A stretch of 63,111 bases of DNA, filler included. It is 7 parts of 7 records of this genome, joined end to end, with 100 filler letters (N's around TTAATTAATTAA, not from the genome) between each part and the next. Parts side by side here need not be neighbours in the genome. Positions count along the whole stretch, not along the records: positions 57,837 to 63,111 come from SRR31147125_70229; 6 more parts are not named here. One strand, 5' to 3'. Each line of letters starts with the position of its first letter. Within the stretch, counting starts at the first letter, position 1. Under the pieces are notes generated by a model. It saw only the letters and a list, made by a program, of their open reading frames with translations, was not told the origin of the DNA and searched no databases. Shown here piece after piece: positions 62,115 through 63,111 of the stretch. The position numbers were made by a program, and so were the translations under genes.

Positions 62115-63030
62115 TCAATGCGCAGCATCAAGAGCCGTCACAGGCTTCTCAAGGCCCAGCTTGCCCGTCTTGGCAAGATGGTCGGTAAACTCCTGGTAGG
62201 GTGTCTTCTGGAAACGCGTCTCCTTCCATAGCTCGGGGGTGAGGAAAGCGTATGTCTTCTCGAGGGCGATGAACGTGGCGTGGACGAAGTTGCCCAGGGT
62301 CTTAGTCGACCCACGCGATGAAGTGAAGACGTCGTCAATGCCGGCCAGCTGGAGAACCTTTTTAGGAACCTTCGCAGCGATAATGCCGGTACCGCGGGGG
62401 GCTGGGACGAGGCGAACGGACACAGATCCGCACTTGCCAGTAACCTAGCAAGCAAGACATGTGGTGAGAACACTTCACGATAAACCATACAGAAGAGAGG
62501 GACCTTGGACGGAATGGTGTGGGGTAGTCCAATCCTGTTACCCCAGAATCCACGTCGAACGGGTATCACGTTGAGTTTGGCAATGATGATCGCTCCGCGA
62601 ATAGCAGTCGCCACTTCCTTCGCACACTTCACACCGAGACCCACGTGGCCGTCCATGTCTCCGACGACAACAAAGGCCTTGAAGCGGGTGCGCTGGCCGG
62701 CACGTGTCTGCTTCTGGACGGGGATAATCTTCATGACTTCTTCCTTCAACTTTCCCTGATACACACACACACACACATTAGAAACACTCATCTCTCTAGA
62801 GTCCCTCACGTACTGAAGCAATGAAGTTATCCACGATCTGGTGTTCCTTGATGGGGAGCGAAAAGAGGTAAATGTGCTCAAGGGACTTGATCTTCCCATC
62901 CTTAACCAAACGACCAAGCTACACAAACGTGTAAGAACCCATCCATGAAGAACCAGAACCCAAGGGTACCTTGGTGACGGGTACCCATTCTTTCTCGTCT
63001 CCCGGTGCACCACGTCCCCTGCCACGTCCC
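62115..63030 (-). CDS. RPS2: 40S ribosomal protein S2 (uS5), multi-exon, 5'-truncated
   Basis: EWVPVTK|LGRLVK..|..[15 protein letters not shown]..|[12 protein letters not shown] introns 62919-62969, 62756-62813, 62445-62503. Confidence 0.97.
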
Positions 63031-63111
63031 CTGGAGGCAGTGTAAGGACAGGAAACAAGAGGTGACGTGTCGGCCGTGTGAACAAAAAAACAACGTGTGG
63101 TGCGTCCCCCC

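Noticed and set aside
1-63111. CRISPR arrays, tRNA or rRNA genes, prophage genes
   Set aside because: None recognised by eye; a covariance-model search would be needed to exclude small RNAs

Overview
This window is not one genome. It is seven unrelated contigs joined by artificial 100-bp linkers (44 N + TTAATTAATTAA + 44 N), apparently from an anoxic metagenome. Many genes are split at homopolymer runs, most likely by sequencing error. Taxonomic labels below are impressions from gene content, not search results. Contig 1 (1-23699, Desulfobacterota-like) holds the most interesting feature: a ~20.5-kb co-oriented cluster of unknown function. It combines a glycosyltransferase/phosphatase/deacetylase module; a MacB/LolCDE-type ABC system whose 1592-aa permease carries a degenerate, nicastrin-like M28 ectodomain; two OPT-like membrane proteins; an MsbA-type exporter with an internally expanded NBD; a cNMP-binding protein; and a stand-alone PqqD/RRE protein with no radical SAM or YcaO enzyme. 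Contig 2 (23800-31821): sugar ABC importer, double-cubane reductase plus activase, GT4, PP2C, response regulator. Contig 3 (31922-37298): AtuA / enoyl-CoA hydratase / acyl-CoA dehydrogenase operon. Contig 4 (37399-42773): AT-rich orphan genes, a Ser/Thr kinase remnant, and a MATE gene decapitated by an IS21 element. Contig 5 (42874-49496, low GC): malQ, two GGDEF proteins, Crp/Fnr, punA. Contig 6 (49597-57736): mtgA, PLA2-like protein, YdgA, MEDS plus hybrid kinase, and an alpha/beta hydrolase lacking the catalytic Ser. Contig 7 (57837-63111) is a compact, intron-rich eukaryote with YIF1, a BRF2/PTF2-like TFIIB paralog and RPS2.
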